64,000 nucleotides of DNA from Paraspadella gotoi (GCA_051294375.1 CM119268.1:2067486-2131485), one strand, 5' to 3'; counted from the stretch's first letter, positions 27,690 through 41,612 are shown. Notes: a model not told the origin generated them from the sequence alone. Numbers and translations: made by a program.

Positions 27690-29943
27690 CAGAAAAGTCC
27701 TCAATCGAGTCGCCTTCTGCGATAACTCTGAAAATTAAAAGAGCGACGAGGACGAGTGGATTTTTAAGTCGACTCTTCACTAATTCGTTTTGAATCGATT
27801 AACGAAGAGTGAGAGTGAGAGAGAGAGAGTGTCTGTGTGACGGTGCTCTGGGAATATTCGTCATGGCGGTACTGGTTTTAATTATTTTCCGCGGAATCCA
27901 AAACGCAGATGGATTTTTGATTTTTGAGTAAAAATGAAGTAGAAAACGCGGGATTTCTATCGTGTTTTTTTAATTATAACCTTCAGGGTAGTGGGTATTT
28001 TTCAAAACCAAAAATCTCACCTGGATATCGCAAGATAATCGATTTATAAATTCAATTAGAATCCAATCTGATCAGAGAAAATCTTAATTAGATCATCGTT
28101 GATTATTAGTTGAACTAAGCTTTTTAGTTTTACGTGTTTATTTAATACCTCATCGTTGATGACTAATTTTAAATTTTTTCCAATGTGGGAAATGAAGCTC
28201 TAAATTTCTTCGCTATACCGTCCTTAAGTTTCCAAATTTCGAATGAGCGAAATGGTGCGCCAAAACCTCACACATCATGTTCACACATCGGTTTCGTTTC
28301 CGAATCAATTTTTTTTTCTTAAATCTTCGGATTTCCCGCGTTTGAATCGCGAAACGAAAACATTTTTTTCGCCAAAAAAATCTGCCTCCTTCCAAATTAA
28401 AAGATATTGAAAACACAATCTCAGTTCTTGCTAAGCTTGGTGAAAAAAAAAGGGGGAAGCCCGAAAAAAATTATCGATTTTAATAGTAACTAATTTATAT
28501 CTAAAAAAACAGATCGCTTTTTCTCCCTTCCTCCTCATTGGGTTGGCCAACATCGGGTCATATTTCGCACAAGATTTTATCTCTCCGCTCAGATTTCGCG
28601 GCGAATAACCCGCGTATCTCTCAGACAACTGTTAAATTAATCGCAACCATTTATTATCGCCCTTTGATGTTTACATATGAGCAATTCAACACAATTTTCT
28701 CGCAGTTGTTCTTCCCATCGTTGGCCTATGAGCGAAAAAACCATAACAAAACCACTAAAAAATTTCTTTTATTTCTTTCTCTCTTACAGTATTTACTTTT
28801 TTTTTCTGCTTGTATTTTTCGGATGATCGATCGAAGTGACTTGGAGGCAAACAAAATCGGCCTCGGTGTTTTCTGCAAGAAAGAAAGTCAAATGTTATTC
28901 TTTTGTAGAAAAAAAAAAAGAAAAATCAAGTCGTCAAAAAACGGACTAAATGGAGGGAGAACAAACAATAATTTTCTTCTCGTGAAAGATCGTGGGCCCT
29001 TTTTTTTCTCTCGGCCGCTTCGATCATCGCGTTTTAGTTGTGGCGTTAGCCTTTTGTTTGGTTGTTTAGTCCAGACGCCTTCCTCAACACGTGAAACGCC
29101 ATTGAAGACGCAAATGTCTGCATCCAATTTCTACATGAACATTCACTTCGTGATTCGCCTCTTATTTACTTTCAAATTTGCTTGCAGGCATTTCTTTTTT
29201 ACTTTCGGTTTCTTTCTTAACGTTTTCTCGACATATGAGCAAGATTGAAAGAATTCGGAACATATTCTCACTCTTTTGACTTAAATTCGTCGCCTTGGCC
29301 TTCTTGCCTCTCGCAGTCTCACTCCAACTTACAACAACAACATTTTTTTTCACTTCGTCTTGGGAAAGTTGATTTAAAACTCGGAGTGCCAACAAATCTT
29401 AACTCAACTTTTGTCTTTGAAATTGAGTCGTGAATTTGAGGTTTGTTCTCTCTCCAAGAAAAATCTCAAAATTTTTCCTGAAATTATTTTTTTTAAATTC
29501 TAAAATTTGGAATGAAGGAAATTTTTAAAAATCCTAAGCCAAAAACACTCTTAGTCTTTGGTACCAGCTCAACATGTTTGAATATGAAACAAATAACAGC
29601 ACATGGCAATATTATAGATTTATTAAAGTTTAACGATACAAATATTAAGTAGTAAACTAAGAAATTAATGATTTATAAAATAATATTTAAAGTTTTAGTC
29701 TTTCAAATAATTTTAAAAGCAGTCAATCTGCCCTTAATGTCGTTCCAAATCCTGTCGTCGATTATTTCTCTTTGCATATTCTCGCTCCGCTGCTGCGCAA
29801 AATTTGCTTTCCTCTCGATTTTCACCGTCTGAAAGTGACGTGGAATATGCAGAATAGAGAGCTTTTTGGAAAATCATTCCAATTTAATTTTTTATTACAA
29901 AGCGTTCAGCATCTCGCTAAACCTTTTAAATATTTTTTTAGAA

Positions 29944-29992
<49 letters not shown>

Positions 29993-30130
29993 AATTGCCA
30001 TAAATCCGTTTTGCACCGTCAGAGATTTGTGCTGGTTGTGACCCCGGTCCTCCCTCAACAGCCCAGTGACAACTTCGACAAAGAAGAAAAAAAAGAAAGA
30101 AAAAAAAGAAACCTAATTTTGGTTCCATGC
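27690..30130 (-). other. Possible orphan multi-exon transcript (coding or non-coding)
   Basis: Several AG/GT-bounded GC-richer blocks, e.g. ttcag|TVKIERKANFAQQRSENMQREIIDDRIWNDIK near 29730-29828; could not assemble a full frame. Confidence 0.3.
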
Positions 30131-30239
30131 CGCAATCCTCATAACCTTCTCTTCCAACGAAGATATAAAGCAAAAACTCGACCGTGCAACGGCAATAGAT
30201 GCCCGACTCGCGGAATAGGACGGGGATTGGCCCATGATT

Positions 30240-30330
30240 TAATCCCACTGATTTCCGGCTAAACCGAATTTTCGTTTCCGGTCGCTGATTGGACGAAAAC
30301 GCGCGTCCTCGCGACGTCGCTGGGAAAAGG
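30240..30330. promoter_or_regulatory. Candidate bidirectional promoter (CCAAT box, two CCGGAA ETS-like sites, CpG-rich)
   Basis: gctgattgg near 30284-30292 and ttccgg near 30254 and 30277; between divergent transcription units. Confidence 0.4.
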
Positions 30331-31035
30331 CAAGTCCCCCGGTTGAACGTCTTTTCTTTTGCGCGGTCATAACTCGGCGTCTCAAAAGAAAAAAAGATTT
30401 CGCCATTTTGCATTGCTTTCTTCGGGAATGTATGGACTTTGGTTAATCAAATCGTCTCTAAAATTATCGACTGATTATTTACATCCTTGATTTTTTTCGT
30501 TACACCTACAGCAAAGTATACAAATTAGCGCTTTGCACTCCGCTCGAAGTTAACAAATCCTTTCTTAATCAACGTAACTGGATAGGTTTAATGATGAAAA
30601 AAAAATGAAGCAAATCAAAGCCGAAACGACGAGAAAGCAATCATCATTATGATATGAACTTGATCCGAACGAACAATTCAAAGTTAATTGAATTCGTGTT
30701 GGGTCGTTGAGCCAAAAGGTCGTCACAACTCTTGTAGAGTGACGAGTTTATTTTCGGCGCGAGGACCTTTACTCTTTCGTCGCGAGTCTCAGTCTACTTC
30801 GATGGTGTATACAAAGCGAAACCTGAGAGAAAGCTTTCAACGACGCCATGGGAAAGGCCTGGTCGTCCTCTTCTCACGGCGCCGACGCCATGGTGCAACG
30901 GATGGTCAAGCACGAACAAGTCAATACAGGTATGTCAAACATAATATTGGTTATTTCATTATTTTATATAGAAGTGCTTCGGATGATCCGATAACCATGA
31001 TTGTCAATTGGTCTTCGTTGTTTGCTCACTAAACC

Positions 31036-32200
31036 ATGACCAAGACGTCTGACGGATATCAGATTTTAATCGCCCTTTTGAGTGGGGATGGTTAAATATA
31101 GTAATTGATATAAATTTGTCAATATTTAGTGACTGTCAAGGTGTCTTCCGACGCTGAAGTTGGCGAAACAAAACAAGTTGAAGTCCCTGTTACCAGAGGA
31201 GTCATCATTCTCAGGTTAGATAAATAGGATTTGTTTTGTATTATGTAGAAAGGTTGGTAAAAAAAAAGACAGAACAAAAACCAAACAGAACAAAAAAAGT
31301 TGCATTAGTATTCAAATTTTGAAGAAAAAAAAATCATCCGTGTGCATGAAAAGAACTCTGTAAGTGTCTGTTAATACGTAAAACCCAAACTTATTTTCAA
31401 TTTTTCGTGGTGTGGTTTATACATTGTGGGCGCTTAGCTTATTATATCCAAAAGCATGAAAGGCATCTTGATTGCAGCGATCTCCGCCGCGCGGCCGACA
31501 ACGCCGCCATCACCTCGATTCGCTACGACGCCCCAAGCGGAGGCCCGAAAGACCAGACGTGTCGAACGAGCGAAGGCCTCTTCCCTCCCGACGGACCGAA
31601 AGGCAGCTGGGAGCCGTGGCCCGTTCTCGTGGCCTGCGGTCAGTTCAACTTCAATCACAAATTGATTCTCATTTTGTAAATTTAATTTCCCCGCTTTTCT
31701 AAAGCAGAAGAACCCGACTACTTAATATGTTATACAGCATTGATTAAATTGAAAATATTAATACAATAATTCAAACGATTAAAATTAATATCAAAGAAGA
31801 CAATGATAGTTATGAATATGAATTTCACAGAAAATCCGCCTAATCCACCGTCGCCAAAAGCGCAAAGATCGAAAATCTGCGTCATCAAGGACGAGGAAAA
31901 GAAGAAGAAAGATTGGAAGAAGATTGAATTAACGCGCGACTGGTACATTAAGAAGGAAGACTTGGACGTTTGTTGCGGCGTCAGGTGAGAAGAAGAATCC
32001 ACGAAAACGTCTCAACTTTAATGAACATTTTCCTTTTTTACTTTTTTGTGATTAGCCACTTGCGTTTGTGGTCGTGGAATGACAACGAGCGCTCTTTCGT
32101 CGAAAATCCCGTGGAAACGATCATCCATCCGCCGCGAGAGGCCGCGGCGCGCGCCTGGTTGCATCCTGAAATTCTTCCCACTTACTCCGCCAAAATGTGA
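31036..32200 (+). CDS. Small 5-exon protein with two TDP-43 N-terminal-domain-like repeats, no RRM
   Basis: In-frame model VKVSSD..VEVPVTRGVIIL|SDLRR..SIRYDAP..EGLFPPDG..W, then ICVIKDE..IELTRDWYI..|HLRLW..IIHPP..W. Confidence 0.6.
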
Positions 32201-33158
32201 CGAAACGTCGCAGTACAAGATTATTTTACGACGACTTAGATAAGCCGTTCGATAACTTACCTTGACTCAAAAGATTTGAGCTACGATTTTCTCACTTTTT
32301 CTTTTCTATTATCAATCATGTTTTTATGTACCCAATTTTTCAGGGTTCTTTACTTTATATTAATTCAAAACCGCCTATAATTAACTGGCCATGCATTGCC
32401 CTAAGAAAATGCTCTCATTAAATTATTTCTTCATTGCAGCATCTTTTGTTAATCCGATAAGTCGTGTTCGAAATTATGATACTAATCATAATGTGGCTTT
32501 GGTTATTGGTTAGTTTAATTGGTCTAGCTTCATAGTATTTCTATTTGCAATATTTGCAATTAATTATTTTCTGAAGCGAAGTCTTCAAAATAAAAGGTAC
32601 CGCTGATATAAATGCATACGACCTGTATTTTATTCAAACTGTTCCGAGTTATGAAGACCCTTGTGTGAAATATTCATGAGCGATATTGCGAACTAGTCAG
32701 CTTGTCTTAGACTTCGAAATAATGTCATTTTGTATTCAAAGAGCACACAGATTAACGTCGTTGTATTCAACTTAGTTCAATATTTGAGACCTTGATCTAA
32801 TAGTATTAGAATTAGTATTAATAATACACTAGTATATAGTTGGAATTAACAAAAGATCAAACAGAAGTGAGCGAAATTCGACGTTAGCGCCCTCTGACTC
32901 TTTCCGTCCCACGGAAACAAAATGAAATTATAATTATAATTTTCATTCATGTTTTTTTTCGTTCTCAAAAAAAAAAAAAAAAAAAGATAAAAAAATGTAG
33001 CAAATGGTTTGTCGGGAATGACAATACGTCAAAAGTATCCCCAGCTTGCGGCATCGTTCGTAATTAATATTTTAATATTTCCGTCGTTTTCTTTCATATA
33101 TATTTTCGCGCAATGTCAGTTACATAGATCCTTTGTGGAAAAACCCCCCAAAGAAATC

Positions 33159-36100
33159 ATGTTTCACTCGTGCGACGCGAACTGCGAACGAGTCAAGCGA
33201 CTTCTGAGTCGAGGTTCTCCCAACGGCGTTTGGGCCGAAGAGTTGGAGAAGCAGCAGGAGGCGCTGACTCGCGCCGCGGAATCGTGCCACGACGTCACCG
33301 TTCAATCGATCGGCAACAAAAAACTCGTCACTCTCAACCGCAAAGGGAAAGCGAACAACGCGGACCGAGGGACCATCTCAGGATTCGGTCTAAAGGGTCA
33401 GGAGTCCACGGGAGGTGGGGATGTTTTACCGATTGATTCGAAGTTAAAAATAGGTTCGAGTTAGACTTAAGGTCCTGGCTTTGGAGTTTAGGGTACAGTA
33501 TCGGTTTTGAAGAACCTGGAAAACTCCAGGGAGGCTGTAACTTTTTGTGTAAATGCTGGAAATCAGCTGAAAATCGAATACGGGTTAGACCTGAGGGTGG
33601 TTTATTCCCCATAAGAGTTTGAGCCACTTTAAAAAAAAAATAGTGAATGGGCATTTTTTTGGACAAAAAATTAATTTGCATACTGTAAAAAAAAATATGG
33701 TAGTAAATACTCTTATATTATGGTGATATAACCGGGAGGGGTTGCCTAAACCAGTGGTAAAACAAAATGATCAAATACAGCTTTGGTTATAAAACTCATT
33801 TGCATACAGTAGCAATATATTTTTTTATAATATTGTATTTTCAGGTCTTATGATAATTTTTAAAAAAATTTATTTATCAAATAATAGCTAACTGATACAC
33901 ACCAATAACATACAATGAATAAAATAGGAATATTTGTTATTCTTTAAATCCAAATTAATTTTCAACAATAATATCAAAATATGCATTTTTTTGAACAAAT
34001 GTTTTTTTAAAAATAGTAATTATGCCAACTGTCCTCGTGCACTGATTACAAATATATAATTTTTTTTTTAAAATACGACTACTAATATTATGAAATATAA
34101 CCCTTCAAAACCTTAAAAAATATAGAAAAACACCCTTAATTCAAACTTTAATAAAAACCGTTCCAATAATATTACATCTCTCATACTTTAATACATATCA
34201 GGAGAACCATCAGGTTTATTTTGGTGAAAAGTTATAGATAACTTTGATAAGGAATGACTGCACAGGAAGGCGAAAAATAGATGGATGAACTACATCAGCT
34301 TGTAATTGAATAATATACTCTTGCTTAATAAGGCGGAACAAAGTAAAACCTAAGAGTTCTGTAATATAAATAACGTTAGAGCATCCCTGTGGGATGACGA
34401 ATTAAAAAAAAAATTAAAATTTTATATATATATAAATAATATAGAAGGCATTTAAAGTTTATCGTATTACTATAAATCATGAAATTTTTTTTTTCAAAAT
34501 CAGAATTTTTAAAAGCGGATTCGGGTAGAGATTGAAAAAATAAAAATATTACTAACAAGATTTTCAATTTTATTGTTTTATTGCTTAATTATAACAAAAA
34601 CTATAAAAATTGTGGTAGCGACGATGATGATTGATGATTTTAAAGAGTTTTTCGCGTTATTCTGACCCACTTATCATCAAAATATTGAAAAACGCATTAT
34701 ACTTTGTGTAGAAAACTTTTTATGGGCTATCTGAATCGTTCTTAAAAAGAAAATTTTACTTTGTTCGCCTTATTAAGCAAGAGTACATTATTCAATTACA
34801 AGCTGATATAGTTCATTCTATTTTTCGCCTTCTGTGCAGTGTGCAGTCATTCCTTTATCGAAGTTATCTATAACTTTCACACAATAAACCTGATGGTTCT
34901 CCTTGATATGTATTAAAGTATGAGAGATGTAATATCAATAGAACGGTTTTTATTAAAGTTTTGAATTAAGGGTGTTTTTCTGTATTTTTTAAGGTTTTGA
35001 AGGGTTATATTTCATAATATAGTAGTCGTATTTAAAAAAAATTATATATTTGTAATCAGTGCACCGAGGACAGTTGGTTGGCATAATTACTATTTTTAAA
35101 AAAACATTTGTTCAAAACAATGCATATTTTGATATTTTGTTGAAAATTAATTTTGGATTAAAGAATAACAAATATTCTATTTTATTCATTGTATGTTATT
35201 GTGGTGTATCAGTTAGCTATTATTTGAAATAAATTTTTTAAAAATTATCATAAGACTGAAAATACAATATTATAAAAAATATATTGCTACTGTATGCAAA
35301 TGAGTTTTAACAAAGCTGTATTTGATCATTTTTGTTTACCACTGGTTTAGGCAACCCCTCCCGGTTATATCACCATAATATAAGAGTATTTACTACCATA
35401 TTTTTTTTACAGTATGCAAATTAATTTTTTGTCCAAAAAAATGCCATTCACTATTTTTTTTAAAAGTGGCTCAAACTCTATGGGGAATAAACCACCCTCA
35501 GGTCTAACCCGTATTCGATTTTCAGCTGATTTCCAGCATTTACAAAAAAGTTACAGCCTCCCTGGACTTCCAGTCTTTCAAAACCGATACTGTAGGGTTT
35601 TCTGTACAGATTAAATGTCGAATAGGATAAGAACAACATAATTAGGTTGGGTTTTAAATTTAAATTTATTGTTAGTGTTTTTTTTTCAAAACCCCAAGTT
35701 CGTGTTAATTTCGAAATATTGAAATAGTGGCTACAGAGAGTGTAAAGTCAGATAGATATATTGATATCGTGCGATCAAATTATTGTTCAGCTCGCCACTT
35801 AGATTTTCAACGCTGTCGTTCAAAATTCCAGCCTCAGTTTCATCGCAACCACCTGCACGCTCATGGAGGGCGACGCCAACTTGGGTTGAAGACGCCAACC
35901 GGTTTTGGCTCAGCATTGAACCCAATTACTTGACGCAGATCGAAGAGACGCTGGGATTGATACACGCGCAACAGGTTGACTCGAAACTTTACTTATCTTC
36001 TCTCAAATCCCGTTCAAACCTTTCCGCTTCAGGAAAGGCTCCCTCCGGAAGAGGTCGCCCTGGGCTCTAAAGCCATGACCAAGATCGACGGCGTCTGGAC

Positions 36101-38162
36101 GCGAGTGGAGATCGAACGCATCGACCAAGACGGAATCCTCTTACTCTGCCTCGACTACGGCAACCGACGGAAAAAACCCATCGCCTCTCTCTTCCGTCTC
36201 CCGCGCTTCGTGAGCGATTACGGACCGCAGGCGATCTGTTGTCGTCTCCAACATCCCGACAATCCGCGACAGCTCTGGAGCGCCAAGGTTAATTCACGAA
36301 TCGCTCGCGATTTCAACATGGAGGATGAACACTTATTTTTTTTTGTCTCCAGCAATCGCCGATCTTCGTCGAATTGGCGAAACGCCACGATTTTTTCTTC
36401 TTACTCGAGGACATTAGAAAGACGGAGGCGCCGAAAGGCTTCGTTCGACCGGTTCAACTATTCTACCGTCTGAGAGACGGCTCGCTCAAGAACGTCGCCG
36501 AAAGCGTTCTCACCATCGACACCACGCCCTTCTTCAGCGACGCCGAGTTCGAGTCTCGCGCCGGCGTGGGTTCTCCTCCTCCTACTCCCGTCGGAGAGAA
36601 TTCGCCAGCCGAGTCTTTCTCCCTTCCCTCACCCTCCGACCAACATGGCTTCGAAAATCGGTAGCTCCATTGTCGGGCTATCGCATTTAGTTTTTAAAAG
36701 AAGTTATTATAATTAATAAAATAATAATATATTTAATATATATTAATTAATGTCAAAATAATGACCGACAGGTTTGATCTCTTACCCAACTTATTGATCG
36801 AGCACGAAGCTCTTCAACCAATCCCACAAATGAACTGGAGGGCATTAGCGGACACTTGGCAACAGTTTCTCATTCCCCGTGAGTGGCGACCCCAGGCGGG
36901 ATTTTGGCCCAACTACTTCATAGTCTGCCCGCAGCCGATTCGCGACGAGTTCGAGTCCATGATGTCCGTCTTCTCCTCGGCGATGAATACTTCGCACCAC
37001 AGAGGCCACACCGACAAGGAGGTGGGGGTGGGCTGTTTTTACGCCGCCTTCTTTAAAGCCATCGACCAATGGGCTCGCGTCGTCGTCATTGAAAAAGGCG
37101 AATCGAAGGTGGGGGAAAAGCTCTTTAAAATTAAATATTTGAGTGATCGAACAAGGATATTTAAACGTGAGCTAGTATTATAATTTAGTACAAAAAATAT
37201 TTGTTCATGTAGTCTCGGGAACAGATTTTGTAGTATATTCTTATAAATTAGTAAATTTTAAAACTAATTTTTTTAAAACTTTTAATAAAGATTCAGATTT
37301 TTCATAAGAAAATTGAATCAAAAATATAAAACAAATTATCAAAAATTTTATTGTCTTCACCATTTAAAACGGGGAAAAAAGATCAAAATTTACAAGTTTT
37401 TTTTTCTGTAGTAGAAATTTATATATGTTAAAATAGCATATAACATATTTTATAAAAGTTTCTTAGTTTTTTATGGCGAATCCAAATTTATTTTTAAAAA
37501 TAAAACAAAAATTATTTTAAAATTTTATGATTTTATAAGGATATTACTACATAAATAATTGAACTTAATATATTATTATGCTTAAAAAAATTTTAAAAGA
37601 TTTAAAATTTATTAATTACATAGGCTGCAAAAAAATAATGTTAAATCGCTCAATCTTTTCATCACTCCAGCATACTGTACAGACTCGGGTATAGGAAATT
37701 ATTAATTTTGGAATTGCAGAACGAATGGTGCGTATATTGCGGGGACCTGGGCATCAGATCCGTCGTCAATTCCCAAGAACTTCGACCTCTGCCCTGGTGC
37801 TTTAAGAGGATTCCATTTCAAGCCATTCAGGCGGATCTTCCTGTTCGTCCCGCACACGGAGATCGATACCCACCAGAAACGCTTAAGTTTTTGGCTGAAC
37901 AGTTGAAGGTTCGCTAGATTATTTTGGCGGGAAAAAAAATTACAAGTGCTGATACTTCCGTTAATGGCAGAATGAAGCAAAGCCGATTCTTTGATTTCAG
38001 AATCACGATCTCTACGGTCACATCCTCAAAATAATCGAGAGGAAATGCGAGTGGCCATCCTTGAAGATCACGTTCTCTTCTCTGATGAGTATCTCCAACC
38101 AGGTTTGCGTCATTCGCTCCGCGATCAAGAAAGGCCTCGCTGTTGAGAGGCGAGACCAGTGA
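33159..38162 (+). CDS. LOTUS-like plus two extended Tudor domains (TDRD5/7, Tejas/Tapas-like)
   Basis: VKRLLSRGSPNGVWAEEL (LOTUS-like); VEDANRFWL, DGVWTRVEI..LCLDYGN..PQAICCRL; FYAAFF..QWARVVV..VYCGDLG..IPFQAI; first splice junction uncertain. Confidence 0.75.
33496..35592. mobile_element. Non-autonomous Tc1/mariner-type foldback element with about 850-bp TIRs, intronic
   Basis: ta|cagtatcggtttt ... aaaaccgatactg|ta; arms about 33496-34348 and 34754-35592 are reverse complements; about 400-bp AT-rich spacer; no transposase ORF. Confidence 0.9.
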
Positions 38163-38647
38163 GTTATACTATTCGCAAGCCTTGTGAATGATAAGCGTCC
38201 CAGTTTTCCTTGCTTCAGTGAGCAGAATTTCTAAATTCGTGTCCTTACGGTTTAGGCAAAAAAAGTACAAATACAGTACGAAAAGTTAATTTTTTTCTGT
38301 TATGTTATTGCAAACGTTAAATTAGAAATACATTTGGTTAGTAGCTAGTACAATAAGATGAAGCTATGCTCTTTTTCTTATGAATATTGGAATAAACAGT
38401 GTATGTTCGTAGTTTTTTAGAAAAAAAACTTTATTGAAGACATTCCGACTTCTTTTTGAAAAAACAATCCATTTCTCTTGCAATTTTGTATTAAGTTCGG
38501 CCAAATATTTGTACTCCTTCAAAAATAGGTTTACTTAATGAGTTTTTTTTACTAATATTTTCAAAATATACTTTTTTATTAAACAACTAAAAAAGTATAT
38601 AATCCTTTTAAAAAGCCACTCTTTCCCCGTGTTCTTGACTTTGAGCT

Positions 38648-39284
38648 TTAAAGAAACGATAAAACAATCAGGACTAAACCGATGATAACGCAAAGGCTAG
38701 AAATTAAATCCATTAGTTGACGAACTCCAGGTGGCACCAATCCTTTCAGCACGAAGAGAACGATCCCCACAACGATGAGGCCGATACCCTGTTCCAATCT
38801 TCCGACGCTAAATAATGAATACACTAACATTATAAATGGCATTTATTTAGTGAAGAGTACATTAAGATAGGTACCCTCCACCGCCCATTCTTTTGATCGG
38901 GGGACGAGATGCCAAGGTTCCAGAGGAAAAAGAAAAATCTCTGCGAAATTGTTGGCTCGGATATAAAAGATTGATGACGGCCGTTGAAGAGACAATTGGC
39001 GAAGTTGTGGCGCCGAGCGAAGGAACGGACGGGAATTGTAACGCCGTTTTTGTTCTGTTGAGCGTTGAAAACTTCCATTTAAAAATTGATGAAAATAACA
39101 AGGCCAGAATATCAATTAAATGTTACAATATTTTTAGGATTTTCTACCTTTGATCCATTTTCTGATTCACTTCTTTTTGTGGCCAAGCGATGGTGACAAA
39201 TGGAAAAGCCCGAATTGTGGAAGGTCGCGTCGCCAGCGCCGTCGTGGGCAGACGGCCGCATTTGGCGATGCGCGTAAAGATCAT
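38648..39284 (-). CDS. Uncharacterised small membrane protein, 3 exons, basic presequence-like N-terminus and two C-terminal hydrophobic helices
   Basis: MIFTRIAKCGRLPTTALATRP..|RTKTALQF..RMGGG|VGRLEQGIGLIVVGIVLFVL..LCVIIGLVLIVLSFL*; both introns GT-AG and in phase. Confidence 0.7.
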
Positions 39285-40472
39285 GACTATGTTCTGAATC
39301 TGAGGTTTTCTTTAAAATTGAGATCGGTGGTGCTTTATTTTACGGCAGAGTTTTAAATTTGTTTAGCTTTTGAATAGTAATTGCCTATCAAGCAATTTTG
39401 ATTTAAATATTTTTTTAAAATCGTAATGGAAATATATTGAGGACTCAGTATTTGCCGAGAGAAAAAACGCCAAGTGTCTCTCTATCCATTCCGAAATCGA
39501 ATTTATTTTCGATTCCTCTGTGATGGGCATGTCCGATCAGTAGACAAGCCCCAGAACATAACCAATTAACCATGTGCCCAGGCTGAAATCGTCCATGGTG
39601 CGAAATATCGATAATGATTTTATTGTTTTAAGGTAAAAAATTCTCTCTAGTTTCGCAAATATTTAAATTTTATTAAAATAATTTAAAAATGTATTTAAAT
39701 ACTGCAAGTAAAAGTTACTGGAGATTTTTAGGTACTTGAGCACACACACCAGTTTTTGTAAATCTTTTTTCTATAACTCAAAAGAAAAAATAATTTTGAA
39801 ATTCTGTTATCAAAATTCATTTGCATATTTTGTGCTATTCCTGGATGCAAAAATAATAAATAGTGGGTCGGAAATATTGCTATTTTTCTGTAGATAATGA
39901 CTAATGAGAATGTATCGTTAAAGCTCTATACATGTATGTACAATTTTACATTTTTAGGGTAATAAAGGCTCTCAACATAACGCTACTAAGCATTTTTTGT
40001 TACTTTCCGTCAGATGCTTTTTTTTTTAACCCTATTGACCTTGTAGGAGGTTGACACTCATAGAGACGATACATGAGGTCTCCTAGTTGCATAATGCATA
40101 TATAAACTATAGCTGAGAGATAGTATCAAAAATGTAAAGTGAAAAGTACCAAAAGTAGGCGTCATCTTGCTCATCGTCTTACCGGAAAAACCCTTCAAAT
40201 ACCTAAATGTTTTGTTCGTTGGAACTTGATACAGGCAAATTGTTATTTTCGAGAGCTTGTTTATATATTTACTTTTTAGTCTTTTTAATAGTTTTCTTAT
40301 TTAATAACATTGTTGCTTTTGGATTTCTTGGAGGAACCCGACGGCTGGGACAGTTAGCTTTTTAAACATATTCGCGTTTGCTATAATTTACTTACCAATT
40401 TTTTTTGTCGCAAATCGAACTAATCTATATCCTCCAGATATTTAGTCCAAGTATAAACTTAACTTGTTAGTG

Positions 40473-41612
40473 ATGAACGGCAATGACCAAGAAACGATAG
40501 TAAAAGACGAAACCATCTCATTAAATGTGGGCGGTAAATTAGTCTTCGTTAGCCGAACTACCCTCACCAAAGTCAAAGGCTCCTTGCTCGAAAGGTCCAA
40601 AGTCATATTTTTATTTGCCTCCAATTCCTTGTGTTGAATTATAAAGCTGAAGTAAATCCCACGCAGGATGTTCGATCCTTCTTCCCCACTGCCGCCTTCT
40701 CGGCTCGTAGATGGCGCCTTTTTCCTCGACGAGGATCCCGACGTCTTCCGCGCCATCTTGACCTGGCTTCGTCATGGCGTGCTCGAGACAAGGAATTTGA
40801 CCGAGGATCACCTCAGGGCCGCCGCCAGTTGAGTTTCCATTTCGTTAGGCAATGGAATGTTTCTTACCGAGCTGATAATGAGGTAACAAATATTAAGACT
40901 AGTTCTATCATAGGGTAAGCTAAAGCGAATGGAGCGGTGAAACCTTAATGTTTTTAAGTTATAACTGCAAACTGGAAATAATGAGCGAGGAATGCGTATT
41001 ATTTTCTGCGGCCGCAGCTACTACGGGCTCGACATGTTGTCCGAACTCCTTCAATCTCGAGTCCGCGACGAAGAGGAGCGGCGTCGTTTGGCCGACGAGC
41101 ATCGCGCCTCTCTCCTAGAATCTCTCCGCCTTCTTCGAGAATCCATTGAGGAAACCAGGCGCCAACTCAAGGGCGCCATCGACGCCGTCTTCCACAACAT
41201 CCGGGACCTTCCGAATTTTATCGTGCCGGAGTTGTTGGAATTTCAAGTGGCCATGGCGCTGAGCTCGCTCAAGGGCGGAACCCTGACGCAAATCTGCCGG
41301 CAAATTTGCCTCGAACAATTAACCAGGTAAATGTTTACTTGCCATTATGACTTTGCTGTACGTTCGCTTTTTTTGATGCTCAGTAAAGGTTTATTGATGT
41401 TAATAAGTAATTTGATTTTAACATTTTCTCAATACTTTTCAATTACGTACTTCTTTGACAGTGAATCCCACGTGGCCCCTGCGGACATTTGTCATATTGT
41501 GATGTTCGCGTTGAAAAAGATGCGGCAGTCGAAAGGCCCTTTGCGAGTGGAGGAGGACGCGCGAGGGATTTGGGAGTTGGTGGCGCTGAAGGACAAACGC
41601 TCCTGGCCATGA
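40473..41612 (+). CDS. KCTD/T1-type BTB domain protein
   Basis: ISLNVGGKLVFVSRTTLTKVKGSLLERMF..DGAFFLDEDPDVFRAILTWLRHG..AAAS|YYGL; second donor (40829) non-canonical as assembled. Confidence 0.8.

Noticed and set aside
30020-30070. miRNA hairpin (partial likeness to miR-67/307, miR-34, miR-133)
   Set aside because: Only seed-length or partial matches and no convincing precursor
38648-38842. Horizontally acquired bacterial small membrane ORF
   Set aside because: It is the last exon of a spliced three-exon gene
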